From: the human T2T-CHM13v2.0 reference genome, Homo sapiens
DNA: 64,000 nt
Assembly: GCF_009914755.1 (NCBI RefSeq)
Contig: NC_060931.1
Reading direction: 5' to 3' (one strand)
How positions within the stretch are numbered: the stretch's first letter is position 1; every line of letters begins with the position of its first letter. Both the position numbers and the translations under genes were made by a program. The notes beneath the pieces were generated by a model. The model ran no database searches, had not been told where the DNA came from, and saw nothing but the letters and a program-made list of their open reading frames with translations. Below, in pieces: positions 46,278 to 63,952 of this stretch.

Positions 46278-47444
46278 CCAACATTCAACTGTTTTTTCTG
46301 ACAGTAACTAAGAATGGGATAAATGCCTCTCTGAGGCCTTTCCCAGTTTGTGAGGCCACTTGTCTTATTATTTGTGATTGCAGGAGGACATGCATCATAT
46401 TCATCTAAAGGTTGAATACATTTATTTAATTGTGGCTTGTGAAGAAAGAAGAGCTAATATGTGGTCACGTTTTATGCTATTTAGGATCGAAAATCAGTCA
46501 GTCATGAAGCCATTTCTTTTCATTCTACTTTTGGAGATCATATTATGATAAGCTTTTCAGAAGCATTAATAACCTAGACTCAAGCCTATGTAGTTTGGAC
46601 CTTCATGTCTTTACATGTGTAGAATCAAAGAGCAATAGGAGTTGGTGTATATGTGACTTGAGAAGCCTCACATCATTCTTGGAATATGTTGTCACTAGTG
46701 TCATCAGTGGGGCCTACGTGCCCTGCCTGCCAACTCAGGAAAGGCGTGAGATTGAGGGATCTAGATTTAGCATTTATTGAGGAAAAAGTGTTGTATAAAC
46801 TATTGAAATTTTACATAAAAAACAAATAGATCTGTTTTGGGAAATGAAGATTTTCAAAAGAAATATGGTCCATTTTGAAAGAGATAATTGCAGGATATAT
46901 TTTAGTGTGGCCTGGAGCTTACCAATCAGAATGATATTTTGACATTCATGGTGTCAAAAGGTAATTTCTTTTTGCCTTGAATCTTATGCTTGAAGTATGT
47001 TATTCATGTAGCTATATATAATGGGATTACATTTTAGGGGAACTTCGGGATGATATGTAAAAATCCTGAAGAAGTTGTCTTTGTGTTTTAAAACAAGAAA
47101 AACTTGACACAAACTGGCTTACAGGAATGTGTTTCTTGCAGGTTTCCCTTAGAAGCCACACAGGAGGCAGTTTTCATTGGCTGATGATGTTTATGGGTAT
47201 AAAAAAGAAACTTTGGGAGGATTTGATAAAGTCTCTTTTCAGCTTAAGATAACATCATTTTACTCACGTTAGAGCGTTTGTGTGTGATTGGAGTTTTGAT
47301 GGTGGTTATATTTTTGGCTTTTTTTAATGTTTGTTGCTTACTGCCATTCCTGAACCAAAAGATAAGTTGTTCAGATAATTGCAAAGACAGATTATGGTAA
47401 TAGTGATACTAATATCTAACATACTACATTAAATATGTGGAATT

Positions 47445-47940
<496 letters not shown>

Positions 47941-48646
47941 TTTGCAAATCTAATTTCAACTTGAAATGAGTTCAGTGGATTGATAGTAGATTAGTAGGGG
48001 AGCCATTCCAAAGAGTTTCTTATAATTAAGTGAACTTGAGAATGTAACTGGCAACAGTGAAGAGATTCCCACTCTATTTCATCTGTAACTTTCTGATCTT
48101 ACCGTGGTGGTCACATTTGTTGTAAGAATATTTATGGTGGTGTTTAGGATAAGTTTAAGGAAATGTTGATCACTTTTTGTTTGATCTGAGATATTGATAG
48201 ATATTTATATACTTTATAAATAGGTAATTAGGTATATATGTAAATATGTAAGATATATACCTATTAATTACCTATTAAATCATTCATGCTGGCCTCTGGG
48301 TATTTACATGAATTTTTTTCAGTAAGTCTTGCCTTTCAGATATATATAAACTAGATTATGCTTAAATATTTATTTGGACAAGTGTTTTCCTCTTTAGTTA
48401 AGAGGCCATCTTCTGAAAAATTAGACTGCAGTAAAGCAGTAATTCCGCCTCAGTTTTCCATGAGGGAAGATTTGTCATGGCTACTCCTACTTTTGGCATT
48501 ATAATCACGTGAACTTATTATTCAAATTAATGGCTTCTTGGCATAATTTTCAGAGGTCTCTACTGCAAATCTCAGACATCTACAAATCAGTACATGTCAT
48601 AATAAAAGGAAGAATACAGACTGTCAGACATACTCAACTAGTCTTC

Positions 48647-48678
48647 TTTTTTTTTTTTTTTTTTTTTGAGACGGAGTC
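48647..48678 (-). mobile_element. Ultra-short 5'-truncated Alu insertion
   Basis: T21 plus gagacggagtc (Alu 3' terminus) between perfect 14-bp TSDs actagtcttctttt (48637-48650, 48679-48692). Confidence 0.85.
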
Positions 48679-49633
48679 ACTAGTCTTCTTTTGGAATCAC
48701 ATCAGGAAAGGGAAGTTGTTAGTGCTTATGCCAGGTAGCTGGAAGACATCTTTGTGATATTTATGAAGATCAGCCCTGTTGGGCAATCGTTGCCTCTGCC
48801 AGAATGACTTACCCATTTATCTAATAAAGGGAAACATCTAAATTCTTGAACATGTAATAATTCACTTGATAAAATTCAGGTTTTTATAAACAAATCATAT
48901 TAAAACCCCAAAAGTTAATTAACAGGTGATAAACCTTGCTTTTACTTCCTTGTCCCATCACATTCATTCATAGTCATAATACACTGACAATTATTGAGTG
49001 CCTTTGATGTGCCAAAAGCACTTGCTAAATGCTTTGTTTGGAAAGGGATGTTTGTTAATTGGGGTGGTACCTCCCAAATAATGAAACATACACACTTTTG
49101 TTTTATTGAGGATAGGGTTTTATCATTCCACAGCTGTTCCTTGAGTAAGATCCGGGCTTGAAAGGCCAAGTTCTTCTACAGGGGCGGATCTTTGAGGAGG
49201 AAGAGGCAGGTAGCTAGGAAGGGCTAGGAGGCTACAGAGGTTAAAAGTGGTCTGAGATTAGGGAGAATGGCTAAAAGTGAGTGAGATTTTCTCTCGTGTG
49301 TGAATAATTGTAGGAAGAGATTCTGGACAACATATGCAGAGGAACAAATGGAGGGATGGTCTTTAGTCAGTGGAAGTGGAAATCCATTGGATCATCCATG
49401 AGCCCATCTGAAATCAGCAGCCCGTTAGGTAGAAGCTTGAAAAAAAGAACTGTTGTGTTTGGTGAATATATCACGATTTTGGAGAATGATGAGGGCAGAA
49501 TCCTGCATCCTTTCTAGCTTTCTTGAGAACTTTGTACGAGAGTCACTCTTACCATCATCTAAATATAAGTGATGTGTCCTGCTGTTAAGGAATTCCACCA
49601 TTTGCTAGCTAGTGGACATAAATGGGCATCTTG

Positions 49634-49757
49634 TTTTCTTTTCTTTCTTTCTTTCTTTTTTTTTTTTTTGAGACGGAGTTGCGCTCTGTCGCCCAGGCTG
49701 GAGTGCAGTGGCCTCCCAAAGTGCTGAGATTGCAGGTGTGAGCCACCGCAACCGGCT
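49634..49757 (-). mobile_element. Alu with ~195-bp internal deletion
   Basis: Tail and 3' ~43 nt joined at ggc (49710-12) to the 5' ~46 nt; TSD-like gcatctt(g/t)ttttcttt. Confidence 0.88.
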
Positions 49758-50474
49758 GCATCTTTTTTTCTTTATTAATTATTTATATGTCTGGAAGTCT
49801 AGATATATATTTGTCTTCGGGAATGGAAAGGTACCAATAGGAAATTTTGAGTAAGCCAGAGTATTCTAGCAAATATAGGAATTACGCCAAGAACAGCCAG
49901 AATTGCCCAGCACTAGTGATAACCTGGTGAAAAGAAAGACCATCAATTTATGTGTTCCAAAAATGATGTCAGCATTGCAAGAGGAGAGCTGACTGCGTAG
50001 GCTCATCCTCATTTCTCAGGAGAGTGTGCCTGTAAATGACCAACCAATTACAAGCAGATGATAATGAAGCAAAATGATGTAAATCAAGATCTGAGGAGTG
50101 ACATTTATGGCCAAGACTTGATAAATATGGAATTGGAGAAAGAAGATAGGAAACACCAGAGGAGGACAGCAAGGACTGTAGTTTTTTTTACTGTGGATAA
50201 GCCCAACTCCCTACTGTGGCATTGAATCTTGGCCAGGCAATAGTTTGATTGCTGATTTCCTTAGAAGGGAAGGATTCTTGTGTAGGATTAAAGTAAAAGT
50301 AATTCCATGACAACTTGTTACTGAGGAAGACAGCCAAATACATATTTCATGAGTAAGCAACAGTCATTTTGGTGGAATATGGTGTGTTACGTAAAGCTTG
50401 GTGCTAGATTAATGCCCAGGTGACCACTTGGAGGACAATCAGTGTAGCCCTGTGAAAGATACAAAGTATTGCCT

Positions 50475-50575
50475 GCCTAAGTCTCAGTTTCTTTGTCTGT
50501 AAAATGTGTGTTTAAGTGGAGCTGTGAGACAATGAGAATATATGTAAGGTGCCTGGCACTTAACAGTTGTTCAGT
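50475..50575 (+). mobile_element. MIR fragment
   Basis: ctcagtttctttgtctgtaaaatg...tatgtaaggtgcctggcac. Confidence 0.65.
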
Positions 50576-51991
50576 TTCTCTCTCTTGAGCATCCTCAAAG
50601 CTCCTTTTATTGATTTCTTTGATGCTGAAAGAAAGAGAATAAATTTTGACTGCACGATGAGCTTCATTTTTTGAAGGTGCTGATTCTCACCCCCATTTCC
50701 AGCTACATTGACTATCGTTAGCCACTTGTTACCCATCTAGTGAAGCCATCTTCTATAGTGCAGTGTGTGTTAGTAGGAAAGGCTTATTTGGCCTTGAAGG
50801 GCTCGTTTGGCCTTGATCCGGTACTGATTGTGGTTTGAGGTTGAGCATGTTAAGGATGAATAGTAGCTGGAATGGTCCATGATGTGTGCTTAGTATCCTT
50901 CAGAATGTTTACATAGTCATATTTAGATTGCTTCTGAGAACAAGAGAATACAGAACAAAATGTTATGTTCCAAATAAAGATCACAATAAGAAGAAATATT
51001 GCCCTTCTAGCTTGGCATCCTTTTTCTGCCATGATTTCCCTTTGCATTTTCTTCCCATACCTTAGCTTTAGCCAAGGATACAGCAGTAAGTGTTGCTTGG
51101 TATTTAATCAAATTAAAACCTGTGCTAGGTAATGCCTCATAGATTTTATTTTGCCAAGATAGATGTTTGAACGGAAAAAGAAATAGTGTATATTAAGGAC
51201 TAAAGGGGGTACTCTTGTTTTCTTTCAAATATGATAATTAGTATAAAACTGTCTTTTTCCTGCCAGTTGGCTCATCTCATCTCCTAGCAGCTGTTTTAAA
51301 TTCCTTAATTGTCTATTGCTTACTCAGCTATCATTTCACAAATTTCCTCACTGCCGCATTTTCGTTGAAGCAAATTCTGACAGTGGGGGATGCTCACCTC
51401 ACAGGCTGGGTTGAGCTGAGTTCTAGTTATCCTCTTTGAGTAACAGGATTAACTATCATTAGACAGTGCATTCGGGTAAGGTGATGGTTCCCTAGGTCTC
51501 TTTGGAGTTGATTACTATAGAAATGGGCATCTGGTGGAGCCTCAGGTTGCCAATTGCATTACTCTTCATTTTACTGATGTTTCAATTCTGTTTAACCCAA
51601 CGTAGACTTTTTTTTATGCTTATAAAGTAATAGGAGTTTCCTAGAGGATTTGCAGCGTACACTATTGTATAATCTCATTGCTTATAATTTTTTTTCAGAA
51701 TGAAGGAAGTGGGTATTTTAACCATAGCATTTTCATTCCAGTATCATTAACCATTTAAATACACTTTGTTAAATCTATCACATTTTCTGTTAAAATAATG
51801 TAAAATTCTAGTAGAAATTTTAACAGTATCTTACTGTAAAAATACTGTAGGTAATAGACCCTGAGATAAGACAGTCTGCTGCTTTCAGAAGCATCAACAC
51901 AGAGCATTCCTCAAGCATTTGATTTAAGTAAATATTATTGAAGCCTTACTAAATTCAATTTCAGATATTGTGCTCTTTGATAGCACAATGA

Positions 51992-52341
<350 letters not shown>

Positions 52342-52649
52342 CACTTATTTCTTAATGATGGGAAAACTGGTAATACAAGACCAAATTTTTGTTTATACAT
52401 CAAATTATCAACTTTCATGTCTTATTTCATAGTCATGCATTGCAGGAATGTGCGTACTGCATAAAGTGACTTGCTTTATCAGGTTTGAAATTCATAATAC
52501 AGTCAGAAGATGATTAACAGATTTGTTCAAATTTTTATGCTACGATATGTTCTTGTCCCCATGTGAATAAATGCAACAGATTGTTTGTAACCATTTTAAT
52601 TGCTCTGATTTTACATGGACAATAGTTTTGTATAAGAAAAGACAAAAAA

Positions 52650-52865
52650 GGCCAGGCCCGGTGGCTCACAACTGTAATCCTAGCACTTTGGGAGGCCGAG
52701 GTGGGTGGATCACTTGGGGTTAGGAGTTTAAAACCAGCCTGGCTAACATGGTAAAATCCTGTCTCTACTAAAAATACAAAAAAAAAAATTAGCTAGGCGT
52801 GGTGGTGGGTGCCTATAATCCCAGCTATTCAGGAGGCTGAGGCAGGGGAGAAAGAAAAAAAAAAA
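52650..52865 (+). mobile_element. AluS missing most of the right arm, but with an A-rich tail
   Basis: Sequence stops at gaggcaggggag, then A-rich; TSD-like aagaaaaga(c/g)aaaa. Confidence 0.88.
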
Positions 52866-52889
52866 GAAAAGAGAAAAGTAGTCACTTGG

Positions 52890-53095
52890 TTTAAATGCCT
52901 GGATTTTGAAACCTAACTCCTTGTTTTACCTCTGTAGTTTTAGGCAAATCACTTAACTTGATTGAATCTCAGTTACTCTCACTATAAAAATGGGACCAGT
53001 AATACCTTCTTCAATGTGATCTTGAGAAGATTCACTGGAATAATGGTGAAAGTACCCTATCACAGAATTTATAGTAGGTGCTAAAAATGTTTTGT
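52890..53095 (+). mobile_element. MIR
   Basis: ggcaaatcacttaac...ctcagttactctcactataaaaatgggac...tagtaggtgctaaaaatgtt. Confidence 0.75.
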
Positions 53096-54269
53096 ACCTT
53101 CCTTTCCTTCCCTTAGAAAGACAGTCTCTTTTATTTATTGATTGTACTTTTGCCACCACAGGGGGAAAAAAATCCCTGTTTCTTATAAAACTTTCTAGGA
53201 AATTCATGAATTTAGTGTGGGCCCTCTAATTCTGACAAATACAATATTGATTTTGAGTTTGTTGCTTTAAATTTGCCAAATGAAACGAAAGTTTTACGGT
53301 TTTCCTTTTAAGTCACTTCTGATATGTGGAGCAAACAAGTCTGTATTTAATAGTAAGTAGTTTGCTAATTGCAAAGCACTACCAACTTAACACAACTTAA
53401 AATGAGAAGCTGAGAGGGGGCCAGAGCATGAAATAAGTAAGTAGGTTAAGAACTGCCACACAGTCCATCATGCTTGCAGAGAAGAATGTGAGACTGTCCG
53501 AGGCTACAGTGCTGGTCACCTTAGCCTGTGTAAACTCTCACTTTCTCAGTTATCAGTGGAAGACAGGGGTTAATCCTTATTAGTCTGAACACATCACATT
53601 GCAATGATCTGAAAGCTAAAGACATGGCATAAAGGAACTCTGAAGAAACCACCTCCACTGAGACTGCTGATGCTTCGAATGGAATTTGGGCAGATGGAAT
53701 GCTCATTTAAGGAGCAAATGACATGGACGGGGGGAGTCAAAATGATAAAGGGAGCCTCCTTGCATTTGTTGTATCTTACTTCTGTGTGAGTTCTGGCAAA
53801 AAGCAAGCATGACTAGAACCCTAGAAAAACAACCATTAGGTAGATACTAGTTATAGTCAATCAGAGAAAGCCAGTATGTGCGAAGAGAGAAGAGAAGAAA
53901 ACCACATGGTAAAAATGTAATCAACCAGTGGGATTCTTTTAGTTCATAATTGTAATCATAGATGGCATTCCACTACCTTTGTCTTCCATCTGGACCAAGT
54001 ATGGCTGTGTCTAGAGGTTCTGTTGTACTATTTCTGTGGTCCTTGAACTCTGATGGCAACCTACCTTGACAAGGCCAAAAACCTACACAACTCTGAGCCT
54101 TTCTTGGTAGTGGCATTATCTAAACGTATGCATTTGTACCTTATCAGGCTTAATGAGGGAAAAGAAACGGCTTTTGAAGACACTAATGGGAAATTATTAT
54201 AAGTCAATGAAGTAAAAATGCAAATAGATTTGTATCTTAAAACAGGAATACTGCTAGAAGCTAAAACTG

Positions 54270-54460
54270 AGTAAGATCTTGCTCTGTGCCAAGCACATGC
54301 TATTTTGCATTAAAAGAGACCCCTGCCTTCTACATAGTATCCTCATTTTACGGGTAGAAATCTTGAGGTTTAGAGACGTAAAGTAAAGTAACTCACCTAA
54401 AGTTACATAGCTCATGAGCAATGTGGCAGATGTTTAAGGACACCTCGTCTGATTTCAGCG
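54270..54460 (-). mobile_element. MIR fragment
   Basis: cctcattttacgggtagaaatcttgaggtttagaga...aactcacctaaagttacatagc. Confidence 0.65.
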
Positions 54461-54998
54461 CCTAAATGAAGAGCCTTTTACAAGGATGATGATTTTTGCA
54501 GCAACAAGACAAAGATGTCCAGCAATAGGAAAAAGATTGTAAAGAAATGTTAATCCCTGTAGAGGGCACTGTTCAGATTTAACTCATCCAACATAATTTT
54601 CTAACATGATAAAGCAGACCTGCGCCAGCTCCTGACTGTTTCAGATAGGTTTGCCTCTGGGGAAGAAAGTGCAGTGATTCGTGTAACCTACTGTCAGTGT
54701 TATTTAAATCTCAGACCTAATCTAGAATTTACTTTAATAATCTTTTATTATTTTCCTGTATATTCTTATGATTTCTCCCTTCTCAATGAATAATGAATTT
54801 AGCATAATGAATTCAGTTAGTTCTAGGCTTCTTCATATCTATATTTAATATTCAAAGCACTTTCTTCTCTTTTATTCCTGATTTACCAAAATCTGTGATT
54901 GTGCCATGAAAAGATGATAAAGGAGACCATCTCTTGGATCTGGAAAGTGCTGCGTGTTAGTTTATAACTGGGCAAATGTAAGCATAACGTTTGGCCAG

Positions 54999-55310
54999 GG
55001 TTGGGTGCGGTGGCTCACGCCTGTAATCCCAGCACTTTGGGAGGTCAAGATGGGTAGATCTCTTTAGGTCAGGCATTTGAGACCAGCCTGGCCAACATGG
55101 TGAAACCCTGTCTCTACTAAAAATACAAAAATTAGCTGGATGTGGTGACAGACACCTGTAATTCCAGCTACTCAGGAGGCTGAGGCAAGAGAATCACTTG
55201 AACCTGGGAGGCAGAGGTGGCAGTGAACCGAGAGTGGCACTGCACTCTAACCTGGGCGACAGAGCGAGACCCTGTCTCAAAAATAAATAAATAAATAAAA
55301 AATAAAAAAA
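54999..55310 (+). mobile_element. AluS (Sx-like), (AAAT)n tail
   Basis: Full dimer; TSD gtttg(g/a)ccag. Confidence 0.93.
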
Positions 55311-56198
55311 GTTTGACCAGAGGACTACCTCCATTGTCTTTCTTTTCTACAATCCAGTTTAGATACTTTCTGGACTAACCATAACTTACATGCTTGTCCA
55401 GGAGTATTGGCCAGAGTTAGAGTGGTCACATTAATTCTAGGCAAGGGTGAAGATGAAGGAGTAGAGCCATGTTTCCTTGAAGGACAGTGATGATGCTTTT
55501 TAGAGCTTATTACGTGTTTGCTATCTCTCCCATCCCAAGCAGTCAGGGGTTTTAACTTTGAAGATAATAATAACTGTCTTCAGTGGGTGAATTTACATCT
55601 GTTTTGACCCAAAAGATAATTTAGGATGACTTATGGAATCTGAAGCTAAATGTCAAATGTAATTAAATGTTACTGTTGTGTCTTGCCTTAAGAAGAGAGC
55701 TGGTGAGTTCTAGCAGGGTTTGGGAACTATTTGGATTAACTGCTTTGATTCTTTCCCACATTATATAAGAGGTGTTATCTCAGACAGCACAGAAATTGTC
55801 CCTGGGGGACAGGGAGGCATCACATTTCAGAAGTACCTATAATATTTCTTCAGCATGTCTTTGGGCCTGGCTTTCTCAATATTTCTACCTTTTCTTGAAA
55901 TCTCCACTTGGATATGGCTCTGGAAGATGGCAGAAACGCCATCTTAAAATATACATAATATTTTTAAGAAATCAGTTTTGAAAAACAAGAAGTCTCTTTT
56001 CCTGACGGTCCTTCCTCAATATGCTTAAATTATTGAATAGGAAAGCTTCAGTAAGACACAACTATTAACATAAGTGCTAAGGATTAAGAAAAAGATCTGT
56101 CACAAATTATGTCTGTCTGTAGGAAGGTAAAGTTGTGCCTTTGATATGACACCTACCCCTGGAAATCATATTCTTTTCCAAGATATAAACCCAAATCA

Positions 56199-56625
<427 letters not shown>

Positions 56626-57964
56626 TTAAAGAAATCATCATTTTCCTATCGCTTCCTTCCTTTCTCTCTCAATCCTAAAATACTCTCTGGGCAATCAATT
56701 TCGGAATTCTTTCAAGGAAAGGAAACCTTGATTCGTCTGCCTGTTAACTACTACAAAATGTGTAGATTCCTGCTCTTCCATGTTACTACTCAGAGTAATA
56801 ACGAAACACCTATTATTGTCATTATCTGGAGAAAAGAAGCTCCTATACTGGATTAAATGATGTTGCTGTGCCCATAAGAAAGGCAGGTATTGGGCAGTAA
56901 TGAAGGTATGGCAGCAGGAATTTATACTTTGTCTCTTTCATCAGAGTAGCTCCCCCCTCCCCTTTTTATCCTGTAGGAGGAAATTGTGGAGTGAGAGAAG
57001 AGGTCTGATCTGTTTGGGGAAAAAGTATCACAGCCTATTAGTTAGAAGCAATGAAATTGAGACAGCTTTGGGACTCCATTAAGTGTGTGGTGTTTAGGCA
57101 GACTGTGTCCCTGGGTAAAGTGTGCTGTTGAAGAGGATAGTACACAATGAAATAATTGGGCTTGGGAAATCAACTGGGCTTCAGCAGCCTCATATCTCCT
57201 TGTGGGGAATGGGTGAGGGAGCTACAGCTTTCCCTCCCTTCTTTTAGCATAAAAGCTATACCGAATAAAATAGAAGGGAATTTCTTGCTGAGTAGATGGA
57301 CTGTGAATATATTTTGAATAACACAAACAATGGAGATAATTAAATTTTGTCTGGCACAGGAAGGATTCAGAGCATGTCACTTGGAACCCCCTCATGCCAT
57401 GTTCTTCTCTAGGCGTCTGGATATATGGTTGCAGCAACTGAATAAAAATAACTCAGATTTGATCAGTAATGGCAGCATCTATAGGGACATGTTTTAATGC
57501 ACTGATGTGTATGAAATTAGGTTCTTAAATAAAACATTATTCCTGGATATTTTCATTTCAAAGGATAAGCTGAAATTCACGAACAGTGTGAACTAGACTG
57601 ACTTTTCCCACTGAGATTTACTGATAGGCAAACTTTTGTGCACATTGTGGACACTGGTTGAGGGTAGGCTCACTAGTTTTGGTACTATTAATGGTCAGTT
57701 GCCTGTAGAACTTGTGAAGTAAGAAAAGGTATATCTATAGCAAGTTCAAGGTTCAGATAATTGTTGTTCTCTCTTAAGAAAAAGGTTTTGAGCGGTTGTC
57801 TTCTTTACACTTAGTGTATGTAATGATAGTTTGGCTAAATATGAAGAAGAAAGAGAAATAGCATTACTACTGTTTATTAATAACTTTTCTTTGTGCCACA
57901 CATTTAGCTATTCAGGCACTTTGTGTTTGTGTGTATACATATACATTCTCTTATATACATTTGC

Positions 57965-58130
57965 GACATGTGGTAAAAGGCCCTACTTTTTGGAGTCAGA
58001 AATTGTGCTCATTTCTGTATCTGCCACCTTGTAGCTGTTGGCTCTTGAACAACAACTAAGCCTCTACTTTGAACATCAATTTTCTCAGTAAAATGAGGGA
58101 ACTAGACTAAATAGTTGCCAAAATTCTTAG
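57965..58130 (+). mobile_element. MIR fragment
   Basis: ttggagtcaga...tctgccac...gtaaaatgagggaactagactaa. Confidence 0.65.
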
Positions 58131-58132
58131 TC

Positions 58133-58157
58133 CACACACACACACACACACACACAC
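58133..58157. repeat. (CA)12 microsatellite
   Basis: Read directly from the sequence. Confidence 0.92.
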
Positions 58158-58199
58158 CCATTTTGTACTTCTAAAGACACTGGAAAGAAGTTTACGGAT

Positions 58200-59104
58200 G
58201 GAGGAGGAGCCAAGATGGCCGAATAGGAACAGCTCCGGTCTACAGCTCCCAGCGTGAGCGACGCAGAAGACGGGTGATTTCTGCATTTCCATCTGAGGTA
58301 CCGGGTTCATCTCACTAGGGAGTGCCAGACAGTGGGCGCAGGCCAGTGTGTGTGCGCACCGTGCGCGAGCCGAAGCAGGGCGAGGCATTGCCTCACCTGG
58401 GAAGCGCAAGGGGTCAGGGAGTTCCCTTTCCGAGTCAAAGAAAGGGGTGACGGACGCACCTGGAAAATCGGGTCACTCCCACCCGAATATTGCGCTTTTC
58501 AGACCGGCTTAAGAAACGGCGCACCACGAGACTATATCCCACACCTGGCTCAGAGGGTCCTACGCCCACGGAATCTCGCTGATTGCTAGCACAGCAGTCT
58601 GAGATCAAACTGCAAGGCGGCAACGAGGCTGGGGGAGGGGCGCCCGCCATTGCCCAGGCTTGCTTAGGTAAACAAAGCAGCCGGGAAGCTCGAACTGGGT
58701 GGAGCCCACCACAGCTCAAGGAGGCCTGCCTGCCTCTGTAGGCTCCACCTCTGGGGGCAGGGCACAGACAAACAAAAAGACAGCAGTAACCTCTGCAGAC
58801 TTAAGTGTCCCTGTCTGACAGCTTTGAAGAGAGCAGTGGTTCTCCCAGCACGCAGCTGGAGATCTGAGAACGGGCAGACTGCCTCCTCAAGTGGGTCCCT
58901 GACCCCTGACCCCCGAGCAGCCTAACTGGGAGGCACCCCCCAGCAGGGGCACACTGACACCTCACACGGCAGGGTATTCCAACAGACCTGCAGCTGAGGG
59001 TCCTGTCTGTTAGAAGGAAAACTAACAACCAGAAAGGACATCTACACCGAAAACCCATCTGTACATCACCATCATCAAAGACCAAAATAGATAAAACCAC
59101 AAAG
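58200..59104 (+). promoter_or_regulatory. L1 5'UTR CpG-rich internal sense promoter and antisense promoter
   Basis: YY1 site aagatggcc at 58212-58220; SOX-type aacaaa at 58671 and 58771; dense intact CpGs. Confidence 0.92.
58435..58650 (-). CDS. ORF0: L1 ORF0 (antisense, 71 aa)
   Basis: MAGAPPPASLPPCSLISDCC...RCVRHPFL, nested in the 58435..58719 ORF; ATG at 58650. Confidence 0.85.
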   Translation of the reverse strand: MAGAPPPASLPPCSLISDCCASNQRDSVGVGPSEPGVGYSLVVRRFLSRSEKRNIRVGVTRFSRCVRHPFL

Positions 59105-60121
59105 ATGGGGAAAAAACAGAACAGAAAAACTGGAAACTCTAAAACGCAGAGCGCCTCTCCTCCTCCAAAGGAACGCAGTTCCTCACCAGCAACAGAACAA
59201 AGCTGGATGGAGAATGATTTTGACAAGCTGAGAGAAGAAGGCTTCAGACGATCAAATTACTCTGAGCTACGGGATAACATTCAAACCAAAGGCAAAGAAG
59301 TTGAAAACTTTGAAAAAAATTTAGAAGAATGTATAACTAGAATAACCAATACAGAGAAGTGCTTAAAGGAGCTGATGGAGCTGAAAACCAAGGCTCGAGA
59401 ACTAAGTGAAGAATGCAGAAGCCTCAGGAGCCGATGCGATCAACTGGAAGAAAGGGTATCAGCAATGGAAGATGAAATGAATGAAATGAAGCGAGAAGGG
59501 AAGTTTAGAGAAAAAAGAATAAAAAGAAATGAGCAAAGCCTCCAAGAAATATGGGACTATGTGAAAAGACCAAATCTACGTCTGATTGGTGTACCTGAAA
59601 GTGATGTGGAGAATGGAACCAAGTTGGAAAACACTCTGCAGGATATTATCCAGGAGAACTTCCCCAATCTAGCAAGGCAGGCCAACGTTCAGATTCAGGA
59701 AATACAGAGAACACCACAAAGATACTCCTCGAGAAGAGCAACTCCAAGACACATAATTGTCAGATTCACCAAAGTTGAAATGAAGGAAAAAATGTTAAGG
59801 GCAACCAGAGAGAAAGGTCGGGTTACCCTCAAAGGAAAGCCCATCAGACTAACAGCGGATCTCTCGGCAGAAACCCTACAAGCCAGAAGAGAGTGGGGGC
59901 CAATATTCAACATTCTTAAAGAAAAGAATTTTCAACCCAGAATTTCATATCCAGCCAAACTAAGCTTCATAAGTGAAGGAGAAATAAAATACTTTATAGA
60001 CAAGCAAATGCTGAGAGATTTTGTCACCACCAGGCCTGCCCTAAAAGAGCTCCTGAAGGAAGCGCTAAACATGGAAAGGAACAACCGGTACCAGCCGCTG
60101 CAAAATCATGCCAAAATGTAA
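59105..60121 (+). CDS. ORF1: LINE-1 ORF1p RNA-binding chaperone, 338 aa, open
   Basis: MGKKQNRKTG...NHAKM; coiled coil, RRM and CTD; REKG, ARR and YPAKLS motifs intact. Confidence 0.98.
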   Translation: MGKKQNRKTGNSKTQSASPPPKERSSSPATEQSWMENDFDKLREEGFRRSNYSELRDNIQTKGKEVENFEKNLEECITRITNTEKCLKELMELKTKARELSEECRSLRSRCDQLEERVSAMEDEMNEMKREGKFREKRIKRNEQSLQEIWDYVKRPNLRLIGVPESDVENGTKLENTLQDIIQENFPNLARQANVQIQEIQRTPQRYSSRRATPRHIIVRFTKVEMKEKMLRATREKGRVTLKGKPIRLTADLSAETLQARREWGPIFNILKEKNFQPRISYPAKLSFISEGEIKYFIDKQMLRDFVTTRPALKELLKEALNMERNNRYQPLQNHAKM

Positions 60122-60160
60122 AGACCATCGAGACTAGGAAGAAACTGCATCAACTAATGA

Positions 60161-63952
<3,792 letters not shown>

